64,000 nucleotides of DNA from assembly GCA_036172245.1 (NCBI GenBank), contig JAYWIR010000036.1, forward strand, positions 992,001 through 1,056,000. The letters run 5' to 3'. Below, in pieces: positions 11,733-23,799 of the stretch (positions are counted from its first letter, which is position 1; each line of letters opens with the position of its first letter). Origin of the DNA: Raillietiella orientalis. Its lineage: Eukaryota. The notes under the pieces were generated by a model, which worked only from the letters and a program-made list of their open reading frames with translations, ran no database searches and was not told the origin of the DNA. Position numbers and translations under genes: made by a program.

Positions 11733-12256
11733 CCCCTTGGACTGGAAGCACGAGACACCGCTGTCTTTGTACTGCGGTTTCCAGTGCAATCAGCAACGGC
11801 ACCTGGTTTCCGGGGAAGCGGCGCCCCCTATCCGTCCGAGGATCGAATCGCTCCCGCACGCGCTGTCGGACTGCGTTGAAGACAGTCCGGCGTGTCCTCG
11901 TCCATGATCTGCTGCGGCGGTTCTTCTCCAGAGGCAGATGCCATCGTCACGGATCACTGTCACGTACTGGGGCCTCGAGTGTGGCGAAGAGAGGCCATCC
12001 GTTCGGCAGCCTCCCACCCGAGGACGGCTGCAAGGTGGCTTCTCCAGGAAGTTGCCAGGGAGACAGCCGGCGTGCCGCGTCGCTCCTGGGCGGAAAGGAG
12101 CGGCCACAGCCAACGATCCGTTCCCCTGCCGCCGCTTTTATTTATTTGATAATTTACTGCCCCCTTTCCTTTCGCCCCATTAAACGACCTGCTTGTCGGC
12201 GAACCCCTCCCCATTTGTTTGTTCGTTTCCAAGTAGACGCCCCCGGCGTGACCCGG
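11733..12256 (+). mobile_element. Tx1-like 3' fragment (zinc knuckle to 3' terminus)
   Basis: PLDWK..FQCNQQR..ESLPHALSDCV and HDLLRRFF match the copies at 32.2 kb and 35.6 kb. A T-rich UTR is followed by ccggcgtgacccgg (12243-12256) and agaaaaa. Confidence 0.7.
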
Positions 12257-12299
12257 AGAAAAATGGCATGGAGGCTGCCATGAGTCTCGTCTCCTCCTC

Positions 12300-13100
12300 A
12301 TGCGGTTCCCGGGGCACCCGGCTCTCGAAGAGCTCCACCGATGTCAGGATCCCACTATCTCAGGGTTTCCAGTTGTATATGCATGGATTGCGGCACCTGT
12401 GCCTCTCCCGGAGATTTGGATGGCAGCAGCTCGATGTCTTTCCTTACCTCCTCTCTTCTGGCAGAGCTGAGCGCCGCTCCTCTCCGTTTTCCGATGGGCA
12501 GGGTGGCATGGAACTCTGCCGTTCTGCCGCCTTCCTGCTGCAGCACCGAGTCTACTTGCAAGGTCAGTGGGAACACGCTTGCTTGCTGTTCGCCTCCCAA
12601 CCTTCTCCTCCAGAGTAGGGGCTGAAGAGCGCTGCAGTGCTCTTCAGCCCTTGAACGATGGCGTCATGCCCGGCGGTATAGAAGGAGGGCTTCCCTTCTT
12701 CTACACCGCCTCATGCAGCGATGGGTGTCACGGGGCAGTCTCGTCCCAGATCGCACGCGGTGTACTGGCGTGACCTCGAGGTCTTGTCGAAGCGCCGCGT
12801 GCCGAGCGATTCGGCGAAGCGAGAAGGTCCCTCCTGTGGTCGCGAAGCAGCTGGACTCCCGACGGTTGATGACCCTTCTTCGACGGTGCTGTTCTTTGCT
12901 CACACCTTCGGCTCTCTACGGGCTTTCTGGAGAGACCGCGAAGGAACTCCACCGGCTCCATCTTCAGTGACGATCGACGAACAGCCCCTTCAAGTCGCAG
13001 CCGAGGGCCGAAGGGATGGGGTTTTGACCACCACATCCTTCGAAGGCACCAGATGGACATGTCCGGACGCCAGGCCCTTCGAAGGCATCGCTCCTTGGCC
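12300..13100 (-). mobile_element. L1/Tx1 ORF2 linker relic
   Basis: VEEGKPSFY (cf. EGEKPSKYF) and EEVRKDIELLPSKSPG (cf. EEV..AI..L..KSPG) occur in the expected order. Confidence 0.55.
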
Positions 13101-13949
13101 GAATTGAGGCGTCCTCCTCCCCACCCGCCTTACGAATTCGCCTCCGCGTGCCTTCCGGCGTAGGAGGCGTCATCCAGTCCGCGTCTGCTTCTGTTCCTTC
13201 CGTTTCCGTCGTCTACTCCCCTCCCTGCGCCTCCGTCGCCTTGGAAGGGTGAGCGGGACGGCGTGAGGGAAGCCGCGGCGGATGCACGAGGCGACCTCCC
13301 ATCTCCCGCGCGGAACCGGGAGGACTCGAACCCACCCCGCGACGGCCGAAACGTCCGCGTCCGCTCTCGGCGGCCCGCTCGGCTCAGCCGCCAAAGAGCT
13401 GCCGAGTCCAAACGGCGGGCCGCCCAGGGAGGGTGACTTCGAATAATCGCATCCCCCGGTTCCTGCACTCGGGTGCGCGCGGAGGTGAAGCCGGGCTGCC
13501 CGCGCCCTCTGGGAAGTGAGCGGTCTCCAGGTAGGAAAAAGGCGACTGCCGGAACGGTCCTGCGCGCCTCCGAGGGAGAGACTCTCCTCACTGACCGTGA
13601 GGGCTGCGACCTGCCTCCCAAGGCGTTTCTTTAAGCGGCCTCTTGGGGGGGAGGGAGATGCCATCCCGGAAGAGAAGGGCGGTCCGCACGGGAAATGACC
13701 TTCCTTCTTTCCATGCCCACGAAGAGCAGGAAGACTGGGTCCGGCGTCCTACAGAAGGCCTTCGGCGCTCTGAGACGAATCTCTCAGGGGCTTCCCGGCC
13801 GCGGTCTGAGGACAAAAGGACTCTCTCCCCCGTCGAAGGTCAGCTGCAATGGCCGAGCAATCCGCAGCGAGCAGCCTTCTTTTCGATCGACCCCAGCTCC
13901 CGGTTCAAGTCCGAGGCAGCGTCTCAGCAGCGTCCATCTGACCCTCAGC

Positions 13950-14700
13950 GCCCTCGCTGAGGGTCAGACGGACGCGAACCGCTCAGCCTGGCAGCGACCT
14001 CGGTTCCTGGAAAGGTCATCGCTTCAAGCTCGCGACGGCCTCCAACGTCTCCACCGACCTGGGGGAAGGCGTTTCTTGAGGCAACGAACGCGAGAGGGAT
14101 CGCTGGCCAGTCAGCCGGTTCGCCGAACGGTGCCCCCCCCCCCCTGGTTCGGGAACGTTCCCGAAGCAACTCCGGATGTTCCTCCTGGCCGCATGCGGCA
14201 GCTTCCCCGCATGACCTCGGCTGGGCCCTCCGCCTCCAAGCCCATCTGGCTGCGCGCAGATTCGTGGGGTCGGAAGTCGCACGTCCATCGACCCTGGTTG
14301 CGCCTGGCAACAGAAGACGTCCAAAGATATTCCCCTGCATCCCTCCTGGTGAGGACAGCGCGAAGCAACTCGAGCGTTCGGCACCTTAGCTTCAGCGCTG
14401 CATTCCCTATGGGCAAGCAACAGCTGCCTCCCGGCAGAATGGGATCCCAGTGGTGCTTGACACAGGAATGCTGGTTCCCACGCAGGAACGCTTCCTGGTG
14501 AGAGCCAGAGGAATGCCAGACTGGATTTGCCACGATGTGCTTTCCTCACAGTGATGGCTCCGCATTCCCCTCGAGCTCCCGTGGTTTTACTTCGTCCATC
14601 CTCTTTTTGCCGCTCTCGATGCGCCCCCGTCGGACCTACGAGTTCCCCGGAGCTCCGCCATGCACCAAGGGCTTCTAGGACTGTGGCTCGACCGGCCCAC
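13950..14700 (-). mobile_element. L1/Tx1 RT C-terminal relic
   Basis: GAITVRKAHRGKSSL (cf. SGL.IN..KS), frameshifted K.LGIPF, and GTFPNQGGGG (cf. P...GGLG). Confidence 0.5.
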
Positions 14701-14749
14701 ACCCCCAGGTAGGCAGAGATCTCAGTACCTACTCTCTCTCTTCTCTCCT

Positions 14750-15330
14750 TGCAGCCTTATAGGGCTGAGGCACTGCCTTCCCAAAGAGCAGGCGACGTCG
14801 GGGAGGATCACCCGCCCATTCGCCGCCTTGCAAGACCGGATTAGGTCACGCGGAGGCTGAGATTTGCTCCGGGGATCGGTTCGTCGGTCACCCATTCGAC
14901 GGAACGGCCCTCTACCAGTTGCAGCTGAGGACGCTGGAGAGACTAGAGTCACCCACGACCCACAAAGAAAAACGCATCGACTTTCGTATAGGCGGACTGC
15001 TGGTTGTGGGGGCGCCAGCCGTCCAGCTGCGCTCCGCCGTGGCCTGGAGCAAGGACGACCTTGGCCACTGCATCCTCAGCCGCATCGCAGAGACCTCCTC
15101 GGCAACACGGGAAAGACGTGCTGCTAGCTCGAGTCGGAGAACCTGAGATCTTGGAAGAGTTCTGTACAGAGAACGAGGAACGAGGGGTCGGGTCCACTCG
15201 GCTTCCACCTCTGCGAAGCTAGAAGGACGCTAAAGGGACCGAGATCCATCACCCCGGAAACGGATCCCGGACCTTTGGACCTGCCTCGGAAGGCCATTCG
15301 GACCCGCAACTCTTCCGCGTTGGCCAACAA
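14750..15330 (+). mobile_element. L1/Tx1 ORF1 relic
   Basis: AVQLRSAVAWSKDDLGHCILSRIAE..RE and EIHHPGNGSRTFGPASEGH resemble the V.L..P.W..D..L and Y.GQ.RTC..C...GH motifs of ORF1. Confidence 0.45.
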
Positions 15331-16599
15331 AGCGGACCGCCATCTTAGGCACGGACGGCGGTCGTCATTCTTTTAGTTGTTCCACCCACCCGCCGTGGCG
15401 ATGAATGATGGATGGATGGGGATGGTACGCGCGGCGGCTGCTGGCGACGTGCTGCGGGGACCCCGTCCAAACCGTGGTGGACGCCTCTTCTAACGGGTGT
15501 GGCTCGTACGGGCACAGGGTTTAAATCGGTGAGAAGCGGTGGGTTGCTCGCCCTATGGCCATCCCCGTTAAAAGGTGCCTGGAAGCACCGGTGCTAACCT
15601 CGCAAACGCAGGACGTGGCTTGCCCCCTGTCGGTGGTCGTGCTTCTGGTTGCGAGCGGTGATGGCGAATGCCGAGAGGCGTTCTCTTTGCCCGAGGGGCA
15701 TCACCTCGCCCGACGAAAAGCTATCTGGCCTTCCGTGAGAAGTTTCAATGGGGCTGTGGACAGATGGCGGTGCAGTCGCGAGGACTGCCGGGCGCGCGCT
15801 GGTCCGGATTCGTCCCTGCTCCGCATTTTCTTTTTTTTTTTTTTCAAGGCGGAACGCTTGGCCCGCCACACGGGTCAATACGGGTCCTACGTTTCATCAG
15901 GGACCAGGGATGCCATCGAGCTCGTTTCGCTGGGTATGCTCGGCACCTCCTGGGCTCGCAGCCTGCACCTGCCGTTGGTTGCGCGGGCGCGTTCGAGGGA
16001 TCTCTCTCAAGGGAGGAGGAAGTGGGTGCCTGGTGATCATCATCAATGTTGCCAGGAACCTTGCTGCCGACCGGCTAGGATCGAGCGCTCCCCTCCCTTC
16101 CCTTCCCCCCCTTCTATCCCCTGTCAAGTCACGCTGTTTGCTGTTTGCCACTCTGACGTCACCCGGCATGCTGCCCGCAAGCTAACTGCACCGGTCGCCG
16201 TTGCGAGTCGCGGCAGGCGAGCTAGACGCCGGGCCAGACGAGCGTTCCGCAGCTCCCCTTTGGAAGGAAGCGCGCGCGCACGCTGGAGAGGAAGTTTTCT
16301 GGGAAAGGGCGGTTCCCGGCCGAGTCCCGGATCATTTCGCAGGAGCTGCTGCGAGTTTCCCAGCGGGAGTAAGGATGCCTGCTCAGGACGCATCCCGTCT
16401 CTGTTATGGCTTCGGGTCTCCGGCCGAAGAGAAACCCGCCGGCAGCAGTGCTTTGACACCGTGACCTGCCCGAAGCGGAGGCGCTTGCGGTTGCCGGTTC
16501 TACCGAGGTGCGGCAATGCTCCTGGGGTGTCCTAGGCATTCCCCAAGTCTAAAACCTGGAAGCAGAAGAACGGAAATCCAGTCACGTGAATGCCCTGGT

Positions 16600-17830
16600 T
16601 CCACGCCTGAACACACCCCGGGGCGTTCGCTGTTGATGCTGCCAAGAACCACGCGAAAGAAAAATCCAGGGTTCTCCTCATCCCATGCGGGGGGAGGGGA
16701 GGGGAGGGGTGCTGGCGAGTTTCTCCGGACGAGCCACGCAGTCACCCCGGTGTCCTATTGGAAAAGGAGGTCATTGAGAGGGGGGCGTGGCGCCACCGTT
16801 CTCCTTCGTCCGCGCTCCTAGCGGCGACCATGGAAGCGAAGAGTCGGCACCGCGGCCGCTGCGGCAGACAGGGACAATCGTGCGATTGGCGCTCTTGGGT
16901 TGTCTGCCGGGGGTCGAGTGGGCCATTATGAAGCGACGTTCGAGCCCGCGCCGGAGGGCAGGGCAGTACCTGCGGTGGAGGAAGATCCTGGGAGCAAACT
17001 GCAGCGGCAGCACCCCTGTCACCTCCTCTCCCCCTTCCTCTCCCCTTCCCGGATACCGGAACTTCCAAACGCCCGGCGCACCCTCCCCCAGTGCCTGGAT
17101 TCCGCCAGAGGCACGCACGAGGCGGAGGGACAACGCACCTCACCCGCGCAGCTGTGAGGGGAAGCCCTCGAGTAGCACCCGTGGCCTCGTCCGCGTGCGA
17201 AGAGCGGCGCCGCTTCGGGGGAGTCCAGAGGAAGAAGCGTGCAAAAGGGGGGGAAGGGGGAAAGGGCCCACCTTTGGATCGACCTGGCGCACCCCGAGCG
17301 TGGCGGGTGGCCCGCTCGCGCGACGATCCTTCTGACAGGGCTCACGGCGTCTGCCGAAGCGATAATCAGGAATGCCACTCGCAAGCATGCGCCAAAAAGA
17401 AAAAAATGGGATTTTCTCCCGGGTGGAGAGGCCGTCGACATCTGGCGAGGGTGGAGCGACTGGCGCCCGCCCGCAACAGAGATAATGGATCCACGCCGGC
17501 GTTGTCCGCATCTTCGCGCGCCCCGAGCCAGCCTCGGCCGGGAAGGAATCGGAAGAGTAGGCAGGGAAGCATGCACCTTGCCCCCGTGCTCCCTCCGAAC
17601 TCCCGGGTACCTGTGAGATCCTCGAGAGAGAGAGGATGTGATGAGGCGGCGTACCTCTCATGGAGGACGCGCACCACAGCGATCCTTCCCAAGGAAGACA
17701 TCAGACCGCGTGGGATACGGGGTGGGGTATTCCGAGTGGGATTGCAGTCACCCCCGGTCCGGCACCCATCCTCGGGGGAGGCGCGTAGGGCCTCGCCTGT
17801 TCCCGGATCCTGCCGGGGCGCCATGACAGA
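16600..17830 (+). mobile_element. L1/Tx1 reverse transcriptase relic
   Basis: Collinear remnants: RVLLIP..CWRVS (cf. LIPK..WRPIS), VEWAIMKR..GQYLRWRKIL, GAPSP, FADD-like gcgcgacgat (~17318-17327), and a decayed P..GGLG near 17770. Confidence 0.55.
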
Positions 17831-19499
17831 CCCGAAGAGGAAGCCCCCGTTGCTGCTGCGGCGCGGGCGCAGCGGAGACCCCTACTCTCCCGAGGGCGGA
17901 TGTACCCCAGGACCCTCGCGGAGTCCGCGCTGCAGTATATGGATGTGGTTGACTGGGCGGTCCAGGCGAGCACCGCCACAGGGTGCGGGAGCGGCAGCGA
18001 CTCCTCGAGGTCTCCCCCGAGACCCTTCCCATCCGGCAGGTGGGAGATCGCCGGCCTCCCCTTCCTCCTCCCCCCTTCGCGGATGCGCTGCCTGGAGCAG
18101 CCGGCGGTAGGTGCTGCGGCCCTGAGCGCAAGTGCTCAGAGCCGCTCCTAGACCGCTCGGGGGAACGGACGCGCGCGCGCTCTCTCTCGGACCGTCAGGT
18201 CGCCAAGCCAGCGGGTAATCCGATCTGAAGTCCCGATGCTCTGCGCGCGTTTGCAGTTTCACCTGCGTCCATTTTCGACCGGGCCGTTTCTTGGGACGGG
18301 TCTCCATGACAGCTGAGGTGTCCGTTGATGAACATGAAAAACGTCTCCTCCACCTCGATCCCTCGCGGATACCCTGCTGTCCGAATCCGGTCGGGGGGGG
18401 ATCAGAGAGACCGCTCTGGGGGCAGGCGCGGCGTGAGGATCCTCCGGAACGCAGGACCGGAGGCTGAGTCTGGACCTCGTGGGACCGGCTTGGCGGAGAC
18501 AGGGAACACCTCCAGTGGGGAGAGTTGGTCCCCGCGAGCCGTTCCTCCGCCCGCACCGAGTGCTGGGCGGAACCGCTTGACCTCGCGAGAAGGCGTGCAG
18601 GTGGCGAGCGTCGGCCTCAGCCCGTCTTTCCGGAGCCGTGGAACCTCCCGGTTCGTGAACGCACTGGACGAGCTTCGACTTTCCCTGGGTCCGTCCCGGG
18701 CCTCGTCCTCCTTGAAGGGTGGGCACTCCTGATCCCTCCCGTGGACAACTGAGTAACGCGCGGCAGTCCGAGGGCAAAAGCAGAGCGGGGGAAGATGGCT
18801 CCGTACCACGGGAGGTCACGCAGACGGGAGACCCTGCCGGGAGCTCGCGGACCGCGGACCGACGGGCGAGTGGGTCGACGCCGTAAGTGAATGCCGCGTG
18901 CTGTCGCCGGCGGCGGTGCTCGAAGAGAAGGGAGCGGGCAGGTCGCCCCGCACCGCGACGAAAGGGGGGGAGGGTCACACGCAGACGTCGTCCGGAGGCT
19001 GGCGGAAGCGCCACGCCAGCCCAGGGGGTTCGATTCCTGACGCCGCAGCGCAGGGAAGCGTCTCCTGGGGGGGGAGGGTTTGCTGTGGCAGCACCGATCT
19101 CACAAGGCGGAGAGAGGTGGCCGGAGGCAGCTGGCGAGAGCCGCGCCTCTGGCCACCCGGGAGAGTCCCCCGAGAGCTGCCAGCACCCCGAAAGGGTCCG
19201 GCTTCCAGACTGCCCTTTCCAAACGGAACGTCTCGGCCTCTCTTTCGCCCTCAAGGATAAAAGCAGGGGTAGGGAGGGGTGGGGGTGAAACCTACTGACC
19301 GATTTGGCTTGCTTCCCGGAGCCTCCGGGCCCTGACGCTCGCTCGCGCGGGGCCCGTTTGCCCAGCTGACCTGCGAAAGCCTACCGGGCAAGTTGACCTC
19401 GCGCACCCTCCCTCGAAGACGCCGAACTCTGACTGTGCTTGACCTCCAGCCGTTCGCTCGCCTTCTTCCGGGCGTCCGAACCTCACGGAGTCGCAGGTC

Positions 19500-19943
19500 G
19501 CCCCGGTGGCGGAAGTGACTTCTTGCCAGGACCGCGAGTGAGGCCCTCCGTCGCCGCAGGGAGCACGAGAGCGGATCCCCCTCACGAGTGCATCTCCGAG
19601 ATGATGCTACTGGAACCGGGTTGATGCACAAGGGGCAAGGGAACCTCCTTCCTTGCCCCCAGTGCGATGTCTTGGGACGGCCCCGCGGCCTCCCATTTTC
19701 ACGATTCGATTCTCAGCTTACGACCCTCGACGGAAACAAGGCAATCACAAGGTCCCAGAAGAACTGAAAATCAAAAGGTGGCGAGCCGACTACATCGAAA
19801 AGGAAATGCCCCGCGGCGGCGCTCGCTGGAACCATTGGGCGGGTCACCGGAGCAGCCACGGAAGGGTTAATGGGTGCAGTGCACAGCGCTCTCAGGGACC
19901 ATCGGGCGGTTTGCGAGCCTCAAGCTTGAACTTCTTCAGCTGA
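19500..19943 (+). mobile_element. L1/Tx1 ORF1 relic
   Basis: KVPEELKIKRWRADYIEKEMPRGGARWNHWAGH resembles IP..L.I.G....Y.GMPR.C.RC...GH. Confidence 0.45.
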
Positions 19944-20760
19944 CCGGCTGCGGAAACTGTGGATGTCTCTCTGCTTCCCGGTATTCTTCGTGACCTCTTC
20001 AGCATCTTTTTCTGTGATCATGGACAGCTTGCTACTGGAAAAGAGATCTCCCCGATCATCCACCCTGCCAGATGGCAAGCGTCGTCCCCCTCCTCTCGGA
20101 GGGTACGGCACCGAATGTAGGGGATTGGGTGGAGATGGCTGGGGACGACCGCTTCCTCGGGTCTCCATCTGACGTTTATCCAAGGGAGGCGGTTGGAAGA
20201 ACCTGACGCGGGTGCAGACTTCTCCACCGCCGCTTCCAGGAGCCGCGCGCCGAACTTTGCGTGGCGACGGGAGATCGAGCGGTCAGCCAGGAGGCTCTCC
20301 GCCGAAGAGCTGGTTCCCTCCTGTAGGCTCCTCCTCCCCCCTCCCGCGCATCCCTGCCCACCACCTTCCCGCCGCGCACGCCCGCGGAGGCGGGGATGCG
20401 GTGAAGCGTGGCGCGCATAAGGTCAAGCTGCACGTCATATGTCACGATCTCCCTTCCGCACGAACGCGGCGCGCGTGCGCGGTGTTTCCGGCGGGGCGGC
20501 ACGTGCGAATCGGACGCGGCACCGCTCAACGGAGGGAGATGATGTCACCTCGGCCAAGCAGGTCCACGCGGGAGAGAGGCAGCTCGGGTTGTTTGCTGCG
20601 GGAATGCAGGGAACGAGACGGGGAGGAGGCAGCGCGCACGCAGGCTGCGACCACGGCTGAGCTTTTTTTTTTTTTTTTTCGGGTTTTCTTTCTTTTTGGT
20701 CCTCAACGAGTGTTCGCCTCCCTGTGGAGGTCAGGTCACGCTACCAGAGGGTGCGTGTTG

Positions 20761-21260
20761 TAACTCTTCAAGTCATAGGGGTGACCCCGGAGGGATCACC
20801 CTATGAATCCCGTAGGGGGAAGGGGGGAGGGAAGGCGTTGGCACTGTTCTTGGCGTCAGGGTGACCTCTCCATCCGAAGAACGTCGCACGGAAGAAGGAA
20901 TCCGTCCCTCTTACGCTTGGTAGAGGAACCCCGAAGAGAACGGTCGCCGGTTTGTGGGGGTCACCCCTCGTTTCTTCTCCGGAGGGACTCCCAGAAAGGA
21001 TCCGATCGTTCTTTCCTCCTCTGAAGAGAACCCCGAAGGAAGGACCACTAAGGGTCCGGTTCCGGCCCCGTCCAGTTGCATTCGGCTTCCACCAGTGCTG
21101 CCACACCCGAAGTCCATGGGTCAGCCAGCATCGTCCTGCGAAGAAGGGTTGGGAGACTCGAAGCCCACGGCGCGCCCCCCGTTCTCGGCGTGGACTCTTC
21201 CCCGGTTGGGATTGGAACCCACGACGCCCGGTGTCGCTCGCGGAGGGGTCGCGGCAAGAT
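20761..21260 (-). mobile_element. tRNA-derived SINE family copy with 3' hairpin tail
   Basis: Degenerate B-box (GGTTCCAATCC, 21219-21209) followed by ggggaagagtccacgccgagaacgggggg. The tail matches 2040-2088, with a stem-loop at 20773-20806. Confidence 0.75.
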
Positions 21261-22379
21261 CAGCGGGAGCGAACAGTTCCGCCGACCCGGGTTTTCCGAA
21301 CGCCGAAGTCCGGAGTCGCCTCCGACCGCCGATGGTGCACCCCACCCACCCACCTGCTTCCGCCACGCAAGTGCTCGCGGATTCTTCGAGAACACCGGAG
21401 AAGCTTACGGAGCGGCATATCCGACACGGCCGAAGCGGGGAGCAGCGGGGGGGAGGGAAGGTGTTGGCATGGCTGCTAAGGTCAGGGCGGCCTCTCCTTC
21501 CGAAGAACGGGGCGCAGTCGGGCTCGTCGCTCTTCAGAATGCGAAGCCTCGACAGCTTCTGCTGCTGGCGCCCAGATGTGGTGAGAGAACCCACGCAACA
21601 GGAATGCATGCCAGAGAGTGACTGGAGGAAGTGCTGATGGTTCGATTAGAAGAGCAGCTAATTAGCGGAAGCCTGTGCTCCCGGCAAAAAAAAAAAAAAC
21701 AAAAAAAAAAGAAGAAGAAGAAGAAAGAAAGCCAACTCTCACATAAACAAGGTGAAAAGAGCTGCAAGGGCTCAAGACGCTGTTCGAGCTACGCTGAGCT
21801 TCTCCGACTTTGAGGGAGTCCTCGCAGCGGAAGACTTGCGCAAGGAGTGCGGATAAACAGAACGCCTTCAGCCCCCTCCCCGAAAAGGCAGCGGCGAGAG
21901 CAAGGAAGCAAACGGTATCCCAGGCGACAAGGATGTAGGAGGGAGGGGTGCAACCGAAAAGAGCGCTTCTCCGCCGACGACCGAACGCCGGAAAATTCCA
22001 CGCAAAGAACGAATTTCAGACGGCGTTACGAATTCGCTCGGCTTCCCTGACAGAATCAAAGACAACTGCCGACAGGACGCGCCGCTGCATCCCGCGTGGG
22101 GTATTTTGGGAACGCATTTCCTGCCGAAGTCCTTCCGAAAAACTCGCTTCCCCCCCCCCCGTGCCGCCTTCTGCCCGCGACTGGAGGGCTTCTCCGCTCA
22201 CAGTGGAAAATTTCTCCCGAGAGGAAGGGGGGGGCGATTAGCCCTTCGTCCGTTCGTCCACGCCGAGGAAGGCGAGCCACTCCGGGAGGGAGGGAGGGGT
22301 CCCCCATCTCCTGGAAAGCTTCCTCGTTTCGGACCCGGCACGGAGCGACGCGCGCTCGAAACCGGATCCCCCCAGCCAA

Positions 22380-22760
22380 ACTCCCAGCGTCATTTTTCAA
22401 GAGTCGGCTTCTCAAGGGAGCTCTTTTGCTGGGCGACTCCGCTCTCGGCGAGAGAGTGGCGTCGTCCGAAAAGTGGGCGCGCGCATCTCGCAAGCTTGTC
22501 GTCGTGGAGCGGACGGCTGCTGCTAATTGCTCCTGGATGCCGGCGAGATAGGCACGCGGGCGATGAGGCAAGAGTTGCAGATCTCGACGGCCGCTGGATG
22601 TGACCCGACTCTGGAATGCTCGGCTCCACCTCATTCGTGGTGGGCACTCAGGCGGATGAACGGGCATCCGCTGCCGGGAACCGTGGCGGAGGAGAAGGAT
22701 ATCATCAGAAGCTCGAGGAAGATCTTCTGTCCTTTCTTTCGTGATGCCCATTTCAAATGG
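22380..22760 (-). mobile_element. Non-LTR RT core relic
   Basis: Within ORF 22056..22874: DLPRASDDI (cf. D..KAFD.V), EQLAAAVR and AHFSDDATL (cf. FADD), in order. Confidence 0.45.
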
Positions 22761-23799
22761 GAGGGAAAGGGGGTGGGGGAAGGAGAGGAGTTGAGATGTT
22801 CCATCAGCTCTGTATCCTGGAGGAAATTTGCGTAATTTGTAGCATTCGGGCGAGCTGCCTCTTTCGAAAGTCACATTCCAGGTGCGTTTCGGATTTGGGG
22901 GAGGGAGGGAGGGAGGGAGTTTCCGGAATTCTTCGGTGCTACGTCACGCGGATGAACGTCTTGAATCTGTGACTGTGAAATTCCCCGCTCTTTTCCCAGG
23001 ACAGGACACCCGACAGAGGCAACGTTAATTCAGGAAGATAAGAAAGTTTTCTGGATTCCGGATTCGTTCCGTTAACGAAGCCTGCTCGTTTATTTAATCA
23101 TTTATTTAGCTTATTAGCGAAAGCATACTCCTAAGATCCCGAAGAATTCCTTCCGTTCCCGATGCTTTCCCGTGGTCTTTTTCCCCCCCTCTTCAGAAGA
23201 AAGCCTGACATTTCTCGATTTCTTTATTTTTACGGGGAACGCGGCGCATCTGCGATGCGGAAGCTGCCGATCCCTCGTGGAGAGCTCGAAAAGAGACTTC
23301 CAGCAGCAGGAAAGCACCCGGAAAAGCCAAGTGGAATTTTTCCGAGACCGGTTATCAATGGCGCTGATAAACAAACGAACAACCTCGGTTGTCTGGGAAA
23401 CCATTCATTCCGCAAATAACGGGTTGCCTTGTTGAGAAAGCAGACAGAGCTTCTGAGGCAGTCTTCCCCGACGCGAATCGGGACCTTGAAAGCTCCGAGC
23501 AGTGATCTGCATGGGTGCCAAGAAGACGAACATTAGGTGGGGGGGAGGGGGGAGGGGGATGCATCTTGTAGTGGATCGTTTCGCTCCCTCCCAAATAGGT
23601 TTGGCATTCCCGAGTCGGAGGAAGCATTCCTTTCCTCCGGCATGGAGGAATCGCTGCTTCCGTCGGTCTTCGGACGGATCCTCGTAGGGACGGGAAGGGT
23701 GATCCGACCCGCAGCGACCCCTGGAAGCAAAAGCCCCACGGAATGGGGGAAACGAGCTTTCCCGCGCGGATTATCGAACAAAAGTGCTGACACGGAGGA

